DNA of 64,000 nucleotides from an uncultured Bacteroidales bacterium (GTDB lineage Bacteria > Bacteroidota > Bacteroidia > Bacteroidales > P3): assembly GCA_905234695.1 (NCBI GenBank), contig CAJOHZ010000011.1:3121-67120 (forward strand), given 5' to 3'. Below the pieces are notes generated by a model. It was not told the DNA's origin, made no database searches, and was given only the letters and a program-made list of their open reading frames with translations. Position numbers and translations under genes: made by a program. This document shows, one piece after another, positions 33,962 through 43,502 of this stretch. Position 1 is the first letter of the stretch. Every line of letters starts with the position of its first letter.

Positions 33962-35782
33962 TTAGACAGGATTGACTATCTCGTCGAGTTCGAGCCAGCG
34001 GAGCTCTTTTTCGTCCAGAAGGGCGATGATTTCGCCGATTCTTGTGGAGGCTTCTTGAAGAGTTGAAAGTTGAGAGTTGAAAGTTGAAAGTTGGGTAGGG
34101 TCGGACAGTATCTCCTCCAGCTGCTGGCGCTCGCGGGTGAGGGTGGCAATCTCTTCGGTCAACGCCTTATACTCCTGCTGTTGCTTGTACGTAGCCTTTA
34201 CCTGTACCGGCTTGGGACGCTCGTAGGCAGGCTTTTCCTCCCGGCGCTGAAGTGTCTCCGTACGCTGCTCACGGGTTCGGGTGGCCAGGTATTCGGTGTA
34301 GTTGCTGTGATAGTCCTTAATCTTGCCGTTGCCCTCGAATACGAAGATATGGTCGACGATATGGTCCATGAAACTACGGTCGTGGCTAACAATAACCAAA
34401 CAACCTTTGTAGTTCTTCAGGAACTGCTCCAGAATCTCCAAGGTGTAGATGTCAAGGTCGTTGGTGGGCTCGTCGAGAATAAGAAAGTTCGGGTTGGCCA
34501 TCAGCACCTTCAGCAGATATAGCCTGCGACGCTCGCCACCGCTGAGGTTGGCGAAATAGTTGTACTGCGTGGTGTCGTCGAAACCGAAGTAGGTGAGGAA
34601 CTGATGGGCGGACATCTCTTTGCCGTTATCAAGTTCAATCCGTTCCGCCACGTCGCGCACAATCTCAATGACGCGCATGTCGTCGCGAGCCGTCATGCCC
34701 GCCTGGGTGTAGAAACCGAACTGGATGGTCTGCCCCACAATGACCTTTCCGCTATTGGGCTTCAGCTGTTCCGTAAGGATATTCAGGAAGGTGGATTTGC
34801 CCACCCCGTTGGGGCCTACAATGCCAATCTTCTCCCCCCGCTTGAATACATAGGAGAAGTCGTTGACCATCTTCTTGCCCTCGTAAGATTTGGTGACATT
34901 GTACATCTCGAGTATCTTGCCGCCGATACGCTCGGTCTTGACGGCCAGCTGCGGCCGCGTCTCGTCGAACTTGGTATGGGCTTTGGCCTCCAACTCGTAG
35001 AAGGCATCGATACGGGCCTGGGCCTTGGTTCCACGGGCCTGCGGCATCCGCCGCATCCAGTCCAGTTCGGTCCGATAAAGACTCTTGGCCTTCTCCACCT
35101 CCACCCGTTCGTTGTACTGCCGCTCGGCCTTCTTCCGCAGGTAATACTCGTAATTGCCTCGGTAGTGGTACAGGCGACTGTTGTCTATTTCCAAAATATC
35201 CTGACAGACCTTGTCGAGGAAATAGCGGTCATGGGTCACCATAAGGATGGCCAACCGCTGACGCGAAAGGAAGTCCTCCAGCCACTCAATCATCTGGATG
35301 TCGAGGTGGTTGGTGGGCTCGTCAAGAAGCAACAGGTTGGTATCGTCTATCAGTATACGGCTCAGAGCGACCTTTTTCTGCTCGCCACCGCTGAGCGTCT
35401 GCAGCGGCTGGTCCAGTTTGTCGTCCAGTTTCAGCCGGCTCAGAATTTCTTCTATGCGCTGTTCAAACGTCCATTCATCTTCATGTTCGGGCCGCTGTGC
35501 GGAATAGACAAAATTCCGTACACTTTGATGGGGGAGCATTACAGGCTGTTGCGGCAGGTAAGCCATGCGGGCCTCGCCGCTGAAGGTCACCCGTCCGCTG
35601 TCCTGCAGCGTTTTGTCGGTGAGGATATTCAGCAGGGTCGACTTGCCATACCCGTTGCGGGCAATGAGAGCGGTCTTCTGTCCGGCATTGATGCCGAAGG
35701 AGATGTCCTCGAACAGTACCTTGTCGCCAAACGACTTGGAAAGATTCTCAACCGTAAGCAACGCCGTAGCCATAATTCTCAA
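33962..35782 (-). CDS. ABC-F family ATPase (two ABC cassettes, no TM domain)
   Basis: There are two Walker A sites ('ARNGYGKST', 'GPNGVGKST') and two signatures ('LSGGEQKK', 'LSGGERRR'), followed by a C-terminal coiled coil. The start could be 35773 (MATALL) rather than 35782. Confidence 0.9.
   Translation of the reverse strand: MRIMATALLTVENLSKSFGDKVLFEDISFGINAGQKTALIARNGYGKSTLLNILTDKTLQDSGRVTFSGEARMAYLPQQPVMLPHQSVRNFVYSAQRPEHEDEWTFEQRIEEILSRLKLDDKLDQPLQTLSGGEQKKVALSRILIDDTNLLLLDEPTNHLDIQMIEWLEDFLSRQRLAILMVTHDRYFLDKVCQDILEIDNSRLYHYRGNYEYYLRKKAERQYNERVEVEKAKSLYRTELDWMRRMPQARGTKAQARIDAFYELEAKAHTKFDETRPQLAVKTERIGGKILEMYNVTKSYEGKKMVNDFSYVFKRGEKIGIVGPNGVGKSTFLNILTEQLKPNSGKVIVGQTIQFGFYTQAGMTARDDMRVIEIVRDVAERIELDNGKEMSAHQFLTYFGFDDTTQYNYFANLSGGERRRLYLLKVLMANPNFLILDEPTNDLDIYTLEILEQFLKNYKGCLVIVSHDRSFMDHIVDHIFVFEGNGKIKDYHSNYTEYLATRTREQRTETLQRREEKPAYERPKPVQVKATYKQQQEYKALTEEIATLTRERQQLEEILSDPTQLSTFNSQLSTLQEASTRIGEIIALLDEKELRWLELDEIVNPV
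33968..33997. repeat. direct repeat DR2-right: authentic ABC-F 3' end (codons WLELDEIVNP)
   Basis: AGGATTGACTATCTCGTCGAGTTCGAGCCA. Confidence 0.85.
34061..34094 (-). repeat. heptad tract inside ABC-F CDS
   Basis: The plus strand reads AGTTGAA AGTTGAG AGTTGAA AGTTGAA AGTTGG. The sense strand encodes TQLSTFNSQLSTLQ. Confidence 0.9.
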
Positions 35783-37044
35783 TATCCATATTTCTGTCCC
35801 CAGTGGGCGCGGAGCTGACGGCGGGTCTCCTCCTCGCGGGGATTCTGGCCCGGTTCATAGAATTTGACACCACGCAACTGGTCGGGCAGGAACTCCTGAT
35901 CCACGAAATTGCCCGCATAGTCATGGGCATACTTGTATCCCTCGCTGTACCCTAGTTGCTTCATCAACTTGGTGGGGGCATTGCGGATATGCAGCGGCAC
36001 GGGCAGGTCACCCGTCTGACGCACCACCTGCTGGGCGTTGTTCAAAGCCATATAGGTGCTGTTGCTCTTGACCGACGAAGCCAAGTAGACGGCACACTGT
36101 GAAAGGGTAAGGCGGCACTCGGGATAGCCTATCTTGGTCACCGCATCGAAACAGGCGTTGGCCAGCAATAGTGCATTGGGGTTGCTGTTACCGATATCCT
36201 CACTGGCGAAAATAAGCATCCGTCGGGCGATAAACACAGGGTCTTCGCCACCTTCAATCATACGGGCCAGCCAGTAGACGGCGGCATTGGGGTCGCTGCC
36301 ACGCATCGACTTGATAAAGGCGCTGATGATGTCGTAATGCATCTCGCCCTGCTTGTCGTAGAATGCCAGATTCTGCTGGATGACGGTGGTCACATTGGCA
36401 TTGTCGACAATGACCTGTTTCGTTTCACTAGTCGCCGACATCCGATCCACCACCAGTTCCAAGGCGTTGAGCAGCTTGCGTGCATCGCCGCCAGAGATAC
36501 GGAACAGGGCATCCGTCTCTTTCACCTGCAATGTGAGGCCCTGGGTGGCATAGTAGGCCGTTGCACGATCCAGCAGCTGCTGCATCTCCTCCAACCCGAA
36601 TTCCTTCAGCACATACACCTGACAGCGCGACAGCAAGGCCGAAATCACCTCGAACGAGGGATTCTCCGTGGTGGCGCCAATCAACGTCACTACCCCGCGT
36701 TCCACCGCCCCCAGCAACGAGTCCTGCTGGCTTTTGGAGAAACGATGAATCTCATCGATAAAAAGGATGGCTCCCTCCTCCGCTTTGGCCTTTTCTATCA
36801 CCTCGCGCACTTCCTTCACTCCACTGCTGATGGCGCTGAGCGTGTAGAACGGCCGGTTGAGGGTCTGGCTGATAACCATCGCCAGCGTTGTCTTTCCGAT
36901 ACCCGGGGGACCCCAGAAAATCATCGAAGGGATGCGCCCGCTATCAATCAGCGAGCGCAGCACTGCGCCTTTCCCCACAAGGTGTTGCTGGCCAATATAG
37001 TCATCGAGCGTCCGCGGACGCAATATCTCAGCCAGCGGGGTCAT
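35779..37044 (-). CDS. rarA: replication-associated recombination protein A (MgsA/RarA AAA+ ATPase)
   Basis: '[15 protein letters not shown]', '[16 protein letters not shown]' and the C-terminal MgsA domain pattern are present. Confidence 0.92.
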   Translation of the reverse strand: MTPLAEILRPRTLDDYIGQQHLVGKGAVLRSLIDSGRIPSMIFWGPPGIGKTTLAMVISQTLNRPFYTLSAISSGVKEVREVIEKAKAEEGAILFIDEIHRFSKSQQDSLLGAVERGVVTLIGATTENPSFEVISALLSRCQVYVLKEFGLEEMQQLLDRATAYYATQGLTLQVKETDALFRISGGDARKLLNALELVVDRMSATSETKQVIVDNANVTTVIQQNLAFYDKQGEMHYDIISAFIKSMRGSDPNAAVYWLARMIEGGEDPVFIARRMLIFASEDIGNSNPNALLLANACFDAVTKIGYPECRLTLSQCAVYLASSVKSNSTYMALNNAQQVVRQTGDLPVPLHIRNAPTKLMKQLGYSEGYKYAHDYAGNFVDQEFLPDQLRGVKFYEPGQNPREEETRRQLRAHWGQKYGY

Positions 37045-38096
37045 AAGATAAGCATGGCGTCGCCGTAGGTGGAGAAACGATACTTCTCCTTGATGGCCGT
37101 CTCGTAGGCATATTTCACGAACTCACACCCGCCGAAGGTGCTGGCCATGATAAAATGCGACGACTTGGGATGATGGAAGTTGGTAATCATCATATCCTCT
37201 ATCGTGAACTCGTAGGGCGGGAAGATGAACTTGTTCGACCAACCGTCGTACGCGCTTATCTTGCCCGGAATGGTCACCGCGCTCTCCAACGCACGCATGG
37301 TGGTGGTACCCACCACGCATATCTTGTGGCCCGCCGCTTTGGCGGCGAGGACGTTGTCGCACAGTTCCTGCGAGACATGGATCTCCTCTGCGTCCATACG
37401 GTGCTTCGACAGGTCTTCAACCTCAATCTCCTTGAAATTCCCGATGCCGCAATGCAGCGTCAGTTCCTGCCACTGCACATCCTTAATCTCCAACCGCTTC
37501 ATCAACTCACGGCTGAAATGCAGACCTGCGATAGGAGCGGCCACAGCGCCTTCCTCCTTCGCATATATCGTCTGGTAGCGTTCGGTATCGTAATTCTCGA
37601 TGTTGCGGAGACGCTGCAGTTCCTCGGGCAGCGGCGTGTGGCCCAACGCACGGATATGCTTGATAAACTCTGCATGGGTGCCGTCGAAGAGGAATCTCAC
37701 CGTGCGGCCACGCGAAGTGGTGTTGTCAATCACCTCGGCCACGAGCGACTCGTTGGGACCGAAATACAACTTGTTGCCTATACGGATTTTGCGGGCAGGG
37801 TCGACAATCACGTCCCACAGGCGGGTCTCGCTGTTGAGCTCTCGCTGCAGGAACACCGTAATCCGGGCACCTGTTTTCTCCTTTTCTCCATAAAGCAGGG
37901 CGGGGAACACTTTCGTGTTGTTTGCCACCACCACGTCGCCCGTGTCCAGATAATCAATCAGATTCTTGAACAGACGGTGTTCTATGGTTTGGGTGTCGCG
38001 GTGCAGCACCATCAGCCGGGCCTCGTCGCGCTGCTTCGGGGGTTTCTCGGCAATCAACTCTTTCGGAAGGGTGAAATTGAAATACGACAGTTTCAT
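37041..38096 (-). CDS. queA: S-adenosylmethionine:tRNA ribosyltransferase-isomerase
   Basis: True start is [31 protein letters not shown] (plus-strand CAT at 38094-38096). QueA-typical strings run throughout. The upstream 39 codons of the ORF track are discounted. Confidence 0.92.
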   Translation of the reverse strand: MKLSYFNFTLPKELIAEKPPKQRDEARLMVLHRDTQTIEHRLFKNLIDYLDTGDVVVANNTKVFPALLYGEKEKTGARITVFLQRELNSETRLWDVIVDPARKIRIGNKLYFGPNESLVAEVIDNTTSRGRTVRFLFDGTHAEFIKHIRALGHTPLPEELQRLRNIENYDTERYQTIYAKEEGAVAAPIAGLHFSRELMKRLEIKDVQWQELTLHCGIGNFKEIEVEDLSKHRMDAEEIHVSQELCDNVLAAKAAGHKICVVGTTTMRALESAVTIPGKISAYDGWSNKFIFPPYEFTIEDMMITNFHHPKSSHFIMASTFGGCEFVKYAYETAIKEKYRFSTYGDAMLIL

Positions 38097-38130
38097 GTTA
38101 TCAAGCGGTCTTTTTTTATTAAATCGCGTG

Positions 38131-38138
38131 CAAAGATA
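38131..38138 (-). promoter_or_regulatory. -7 box TATCTTTG upstream of queA-rarA-ABC-F unit
   Basis: The plus strand reads CAAAGATA, 35 nt upstream of the queA start at 38096. Confidence 0.6.
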
Positions 38139-38251
38139 CGAAAAAATGGAGGCGATGTCAAGTTTTTTAACTTTACCCGTCAAAACCAATATGCAAATAG
38201 TTAATATCAGCATAATTGCATTTTACCCATTTTTAACAAAAAAGGGCATTT

Positions 38252-38281
38252 CCGTTCCTGCCACCAGTAGGGCAGAAACGG
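38252..38281 (-). terminator. hairpin plus T-run downstream of lipoprotein gene 38283-38813
   Basis: The stems CCGTT/AACGG and CTGCC/GGCAG form a hairpin with a 1-nt bulge. On the minus strand it is followed by AAATGCCCTTTTTTG. Confidence 0.5.
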
Positions 38282-38282
38282 T

Positions 38283-38813
38283 TTATTCCACCACGTATTT
38301 GCTGCTGTAGGGGTATTTCTCGGTGCCCGTGGGCTTCTCCACATACGCCACCCCTTGCAGATAGAACGTGCCCGTATCGGTGCAGAGGGTCTCGTAATGT
38401 ATCACGCCCCGCTCCGACACATACTCTTCGCCGTTGAGGTAGGTGCGGAAGAAGCATTCCCCGCACTCGTTCTCGGAGCCTTCCGCAGGGTCGGAAAGCA
38501 GTATCTTGATGTCTGCCTGGAACATGTCGCCCACTTTCAGCCGATTGCGTGGCGCAACGACACGCGAGGCTGTAATGACAGCCTCCCCGACCTCGCCTTG
38601 CGGCTCGTTCGATGGGTCGGCGACATCGCTCACCGCCGCATCAGGCTCTTCTGCGGCAATGGGGGCGTCGGCCTCAGGGGCTTCGGGCGGAGCCGGAGCC
38701 TCTTCGAGGGGAAGTATCTCAAATTCGTCATACGGACTGCCCGTCGGATGGCAGGCCGTCAGCAGCATCAGCACAATAGCTACTGGAATTAATGTTAGGG
38801 GGGCTCTTTTCAT
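38283..38813 (-). CDS. hypothetical lipoprotein with Pro/Ala/Glu-rich linker
   Basis: Start MKRAPLTLIPVAIVLMLLTA|C is a lipobox. A -7 promoter box lies 31 nt upstream. No family recognised. Confidence 0.6.
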   Translation of the reverse strand: MKRAPLTLIPVAIVLMLLTACHPTGSPYDEFEILPLEEAPAPPEAPEADAPIAAEEPDAAVSDVADPSNEPQGEVGEAVITASRVVAPRNRLKVGDMFQADIKILLSDPAEGSENECGECFFRTYLNGEEYVSERGVIHYETLCTDTGTFYLQGVAYVEKPTGTEKYPYSSKYVVE

Positions 38814-38843
38814 AGGACAGCGGAATTGGGAGGATTGGCGTTG

Positions 38844-38851
38844 CAAAGATA
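38844..38851 (-). promoter_or_regulatory. -7 box TATCTTTG upstream of lipoprotein gene 38283-38813
   Basis: The plus strand reads CAAAGATA, 31 nt upstream of the start at 38813. Confidence 0.6.
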
Positions 38852-38900
38852 CGAACAATTCCCCGACCGAAGAGGGTTGTATTTGTTAAATAAACATAAT

Positions 38901-38927
38901 TGCCCGCCGCGCGATGCGCGGCGGGCA
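38901..38927 (-). terminator. GC-rich hairpin downstream of porin gene
   Basis: An 11-bp stem (TGCCCGCCGCG / CGCGGCGGGCA) is followed by an A/T-rich tract on the minus strand. Confidence 0.6.
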
Positions 38928-38948
38928 CCCTGACTCATTGCTCTTCGA

Positions 38949-40247
38949 TTAGAAATTATACTTTACCATCAGGCAGATACGATGGTTCGCAACTCGATGC
39001 AGATGGTCGTCAAGCAGGATACTGCCATTGGTGGCGAGGTCGCCGTAAGTGCAGGCAGTCCACTCGTACTCAAGGCCGAGATTGAAAGCCTGGACATTGT
39101 AGCTGACAGACGGGGCGATACGGTAAAGGCTGTTAAGATGAGTGAATTCCTCGCCACCTTTCATGTAGATGCGATAGTCGCCCGTGCCAAAGTCGTAGAG
39201 GTCGCTGGCAGCCCCGAGGTTCTTCATATAGCCCAGAAACAGATTGGCACGCCACTTCTTCCCGCAGGCGATATTCAGGTAGGAGATGGTGGCCTGCAGC
39301 GGCGCATAGCGCCACGAACCATCCTCATTCACGCCCGTGACGGCATAACCCACCAATTGGTTGAGATGGCTGGTATTCTGCGCCAGCAGGGTGCGAAACT
39401 TGACGCTCCACAAGTCGCCCACATACTGCGCATAAAGCGTGGGGGTAAGGGAGGTGACGGTCTCGTCGACTTTCTTGGTTACACCGCCCATCGCAGCGTG
39501 CGTGCGGGGCCGCAGCACCTGGGCATCGAGACCCAACTGGGCATACCAAGCCCCCTGCTTGAAGTTGAAACTCAAGAAACCTTCGGGCAAAAGGGCATGA
39601 TTGGCGAAGTCCAGACTAGCCACACTTGTGGGGTCGGCAGCACTGCGGGGGCCGTTGTTCATGTACTGCAGCTGCCACAGCAAAGCACCCGTGCAGCCGA
39701 AGGCGCCCCAATGTTGGGTGGCACGGATTTGCGGCGTGCGGCTGTGGGCACGGAAAGGGGCTCCCGCAGCCATGCCCAGCACCTCGGGCATGATGTCGCC
39801 ACTGAGGGGATGCCAATCTTGACCGACAACAAATTGAGAATTACACTTTTCTAGTTTAACATAGGCAAGACGGAGGCGGAGCACTGTATTGTTGGTGCCA
39901 AATCCGCCGAAGTCCCCTTCCAGTTTGCCGCTGGTTTTCCACCCGCAAATCATCGGACCGGTCAACGCCACGCCGAAGCGCGACGTGAGGGCCTGCATCT
40001 GGAGGGACTGCACGGCGTTGAGGTCCTCGCTGTGGTCCTCGTTCCACAACTCGTCGTAAGGCTGCATGTTATATTCACCGCCAACGACGGTATAGGTCCT
40101 ACGGCTGTCAAAGGTCAGGTAGTTGCGCACAAATCCGTAGAGTTTGACTGACGGGCTGCTTGATTGCGCGATTGTCCGAGTGGTGTCCTGCGCCATTGCA
40201 GTGGCAACCGACAACAGGAGTGCGATGGCAGTTATTGTCTTTTTCAT
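38949..40247 (-). CDS. outer-membrane beta-barrel porin-like protein
   Basis: Signal peptide MKKTITAIALLLSVATAMAQ. The sequence has alternating amphipathic beta-strand character and ends in the C-terminal aromatic signature '...MVKYNF'. Confidence 0.6.
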   Translation of the reverse strand: MKKTITAIALLLSVATAMAQDTTRTIAQSSSPSVKLYGFVRNYLTFDSRRTYTVVGGEYNMQPYDELWNEDHSEDLNAVQSLQMQALTSRFGVALTGPMICGWKTSGKLEGDFGGFGTNNTVLRLRLAYVKLEKCNSQFVVGQDWHPLSGDIMPEVLGMAAGAPFRAHSRTPQIRATQHWGAFGCTGALLWQLQYMNNGPRSAADPTSVASLDFANHALLPEGFLSFNFKQGAWYAQLGLDAQVLRPRTHAAMGGVTKKVDETVTSLTPTLYAQYVGDLWSVKFRTLLAQNTSHLNQLVGYAVTGVNEDGSWRYAPLQATISYLNIACGKKWRANLFLGYMKNLGAASDLYDFGTGDYRIYMKGGEEFTHLNSLYRIAPSVSYNVQAFNLGLEYEWTACTYGDLATNGSILLDDHLHRVANHRICLMVKYNF

Positions 40248-42439
40248 TTCACTATGATTTCATCAGTGAATATCCATGCTTTCTGTCCCGCGGCACGATG
40301 CCATGCGGGTATTTCGGGGAGCGGTTCAGCGACCACACGAACATATCGGGCCGTGAGCGCTTGATTGTTTGAGTGCTTGATTGTTTTGATACTGGGGGTG
40401 GCAAGAATTTCGGGGTTCTCGGGACGCTCCTCCCCTATTTGCTTCCATCTCACCCCATCGTCGGAGACATAGAAGACAATCCTCTGCGGCAGGAATATCC
40501 ACGAAAGTGGATAGAAATAGAAATCGAGATTGATTTCGTTGACAGGCCGCTGCTCGCCAAGGTCTATCACGGCATCCAATGTGTCGCCCCAGAAACCAAG
40601 CCAGTCATGCCGGTAGTCCATAATACCCGCCTTCCCATCGGTGACTCCGGCGGTACTGTAGGGCGCCGTGGCAGGTTTGCGGAGGGTGACAGGATAGAGC
40701 GGGCGTTCCGAGAGCGCTTTGTCTGCGAAATGGCAGATGTCGTGATAATAACTCATGGGCGAGATACCCATCTCCATCATCTGCGAGACCCCATACTGCC
40801 GTTCCATGTGCGAAGCCATGTCTCCCGCCCAAGCCTTGAGGGCTTTGCCTGTAACAGGTATCTTGCCAGCCGCACGGAGTTCGACATTGGCGAAGTCAAG
40901 CGCCAATTTGAAGAATCGTAAACGACGCTGCCCGTCGTTGGCGTTGTCGCGTACAGAGAATGCCTTGCCCATCAAGTCGGCATATAACTTTAACCGTTCC
41001 TCTGAGAGGTAGCTCCCGGCGGCATCGACGGGGAATCCATAGATATCCAATCGCTGACCGCTCCGAATGAGGTCCGAGGTCATGGTGTCGACAATCTCCT
41101 TCACATACTGGCCTGCCTCGCCATAGTAGCCTCGGTAGAAGTCGGCCATGACGGAGTCAATGTCAACATCGGGGTTCCACAGGAGTTTGGCAATCATGTA
41201 GCAACGGATATCCATCCACGAGGTGACGTTGTCGGACCCGGTGGCCTGTTCAAACATCATGCGCACACCGTTGTCGCGGAAGTACTGCAGATTGGGCTGC
41301 AGCACGTGGAGGTTCGGGAAGGGGTCCCAGAAATTACGGAACTGCACCACATAGTCCCACATGAAGATATTGTCGGTAAGGCGGTGCCAGTCTTCCATGT
41401 CCTTGCGAAAAGAGGCCTCTTTCGGGGAGACGCTGATGGGTGCCTCGCGTCCACACTCGATGGAGCAGAACATGATGTTCACGTTGGAATCGGGTTTCAC
41501 CTTGTCATCCTTTGGGGCACAACGGGTGTACTGGTAGGCCAACGTGGAGATGGTCTTATCGGGAAAACGGCGCGCCACCTGATTGATAAAGTGCAACAGG
41601 GTACCCGTAGGCCCGCCATAGAGGGAATCCATCCGCTTGCATTTGTCGCACCCACATACGTTGTAGTTGTCGTTGGGCGAAACAGACCATATCTTCTTGT
41701 CCGGGTGGGCGGCTATGATGTCGGCCAGATTGCGACAGAGTTCCTCCATCACTTCGGGGTTGGAGAGGCAGAGCTGCCCGTCACGCGAACGGCGGCCGCT
41801 GTTGAGGGAGTACCATTCCGAATGCTTGTCATAGTACTGCGCCGGCGGCAACAACTTGCCGAAGGTATGCACAAACATACCAAATGTTTTGTCGCGGTCT
41901 GCCTTGGTATGCAGGTGGTGCCAGTCGGCATATAGCTGGCTGTGGTTGGGGTAATAGTAGCTCACTTCGCGGTAGGCGAAAGCGGGATTGCTGACGATGC
42001 GACACTTCGGTAACTTCAAGTTGCTTACATCGGGTACCACCATTGCCTCTGGAGTATAGAGCCGATAGCCCATCATCTCGAGGAAAGAATAGACGGCGTA
42101 GAGCGTCCCCTTCTCCCCTGCCCCATGGAGCACAACCTCCTTACCATTGCCGACAATGAAGTAGCCATCCTCACGCAGACTGTCCACCATGGACTGGTAT
42201 TGACTCTTCAGAAACGGAGGAAGTCCCACATAGATGGTACGCTCTGTGTTCTTGCCTCCAAAGGTGGTCTTGCAGCCCCCCTTCTCCAAGAAATCGCACA
42301 ACTGTGTGGCGGCGTAATTCTCGGCATAGGTGCTGTACACCCGCACTGGCTTTTGCGCCTGCACCGTACCCAAAAACAGCAATTGCAGCATCAAGCACCA
42401 AGCCGCCAACATCATTCTACTGGAAGACAACCTTCTCAT
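40244..42439 (-). CDS. DUF4838-like putative glycoside hydrolase with C-terminal F5/8 type C (discoidin)-like domain
   Basis: It has a signal peptide. From memory, 'GGPTGTLLHFINQVARRFPDKTISTLAYQYT' resembles the DUF4838 core. Its stop overlaps the porin start by 4 nt. Confidence 0.5.
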   Translation of the reverse strand: MRRLSSSRMMLAAWCLMLQLLFLGTVQAQKPVRVYSTYAENYAATQLCDFLEKGGCKTTFGGKNTERTIYVGLPPFLKSQYQSMVDSLREDGYFIVGNGKEVVLHGAGEKGTLYAVYSFLEMMGYRLYTPEAMVVPDVSNLKLPKCRIVSNPAFAYREVSYYYPNHSQLYADWHHLHTKADRDKTFGMFVHTFGKLLPPAQYYDKHSEWYSLNSGRRSRDGQLCLSNPEVMEELCRNLADIIAAHPDKKIWSVSPNDNYNVCGCDKCKRMDSLYGGPTGTLLHFINQVARRFPDKTISTLAYQYTRCAPKDDKVKPDSNVNIMFCSIECGREAPISVSPKEASFRKDMEDWHRLTDNIFMWDYVVQFRNFWDPFPNLHVLQPNLQYFRDNGVRMMFEQATGSDNVTSWMDIRCYMIAKLLWNPDVDIDSVMADFYRGYYGEAGQYVKEIVDTMTSDLIRSGQRLDIYGFPVDAAGSYLSEERLKLYADLMGKAFSVRDNANDGQRRLRFFKLALDFANVELRAAGKIPVTGKALKAWAGDMASHMERQYGVSQMMEMGISPMSYYHDICHFADKALSERPLYPVTLRKPATAPYSTAGVTDGKAGIMDYRHDWLGFWGDTLDAVIDLGEQRPVNEINLDFYFYPLSWIFLPQRIVFYVSDDGVRWKQIGEERPENPEILATPSIKTIKHSNNQALTARYVRVVAEPLPEIPAWHRAAGQKAWIFTDEIIVK

Positions 42440-42459
42440 ATCTTTTATACTTTTCCGTT

Positions 42460-43386
42460 TTACATATCTGTCAAATCCACGGCGGGCCAGCCGTAATCTT
42501 GATAGTAACGGACATTGAGTCCGTGACGTTTGGCATACTCTCGCAGTTGCTCCTTGCGGACAGCCTCGCGCACCGCCTCATTGGAGTGCATGTTCTGGTA
42601 GATGTCGTAGTAGTCTCCGAAGATGCGCTTGGCGCTGGCCTCATAGGCGGCACCGTCGGCCGTCTGCTCGAAAGAGGTCACAGTGTAGTGGCCGTTCTCA
42701 CCTTCCAACGACATCAAACCGCTGTGATTGCCTCCCGAGACGCACTTCAGCGTATCACCCACTACGTTGTACCACAACACCCAGAAATCGCCCCACACGC
42801 GAAGCGAATCCTCGTGCACCATCATCAACGTGGGGATGCATCGCTCTCCTTTCCGGTAATGCTCGCCAATCTCGCCTGCCAGATAGTCGCTGACGGCCTG
42901 ACGTACCGTCTGTTCTTCCCGATTGATGGCAATATGGCGAATGCAGTCGGCCTTGTGCCCGTCGAAGTCTGACATGAGCCACACTCCGTTTACCTTCTCC
43001 ATGTAGAGTTTATGCTCCTCAATGTCGGATGCCGGGTCAAAAGAGCCGTCCTCCCACTTCTGCCGTACACTGATGGTGGCCACCGCATGGGTTTTGTCCG
43101 TCAGTTCCACGTCGACCACCTCGTAATCCGCCATCGTGCCGCCATTACCTGTCACGAAGTAATAAAGCCATTCGTGGTCCATGGCCTCATGTTCCGGCAA
43201 GTGGTTGAACATCGTATCCAAAACGGCATAGAAATCTTCCGTCATGTAGTCGCGCGACTGTTCCTGCAGTTCATGGTCGGGGATGTACTTGCATAGTTCG
43301 GCAGCACGGTCTTTCATCTGCTGCTTTTGGTTCCCGCAGGACGTCATCAGTATGGCAGCCACCAGTAAAACACCTATCTTCTTCAT
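42460..43386 (-). CDS. hypothetical lipoprotein
   Basis: Start MKKIGVLLVAAILMTS|C (plus-strand CAT at 43384-43386). A -7 box lies at 43459-43466. The longer ORF-track N-terminus is discounted. Confidence 0.6.
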   Translation of the reverse strand: MKKIGVLLVAAILMTSCGNQKQQMKDRAAELCKYIPDHELQEQSRDYMTEDFYAVLDTMFNHLPEHEAMDHEWLYYFVTGNGGTMADYEVVDVELTDKTHAVATISVRQKWEDGSFDPASDIEEHKLYMEKVNGVWLMSDFDGHKADCIRHIAINREEQTVRQAVSDYLAGEIGEHYRKGERCIPTLMMVHEDSLRVWGDFWVLWYNVVGDTLKCVSGGNHSGLMSLEGENGHYTVTSFEQTADGAAYEASAKRIFGDYYDIYQNMHSNEAVREAVRKEQLREYAKRHGLNVRYYQDYGWPAVDLTDM

Positions 43387-43458
43387 GATTTGTAACAATT
43401 GTCTTACCTGCCTATAGCGATGCGGCATACCGCGTCCGCTATTGGTCTGTTTCGGGTG

Positions 43459-43466
43459 CAAAAATA
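43459..43466 (-). promoter_or_regulatory. -7 box TATTTTTG upstream of lipoprotein gene 42460-43386
   Basis: The plus strand reads CAAAAATA, 73 nt upstream of the start. Confidence 0.5.
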
Positions 43467-43502
43467 CACAAAAAACTTGACATAAGCGCCGACCAATGAA
43501 TA

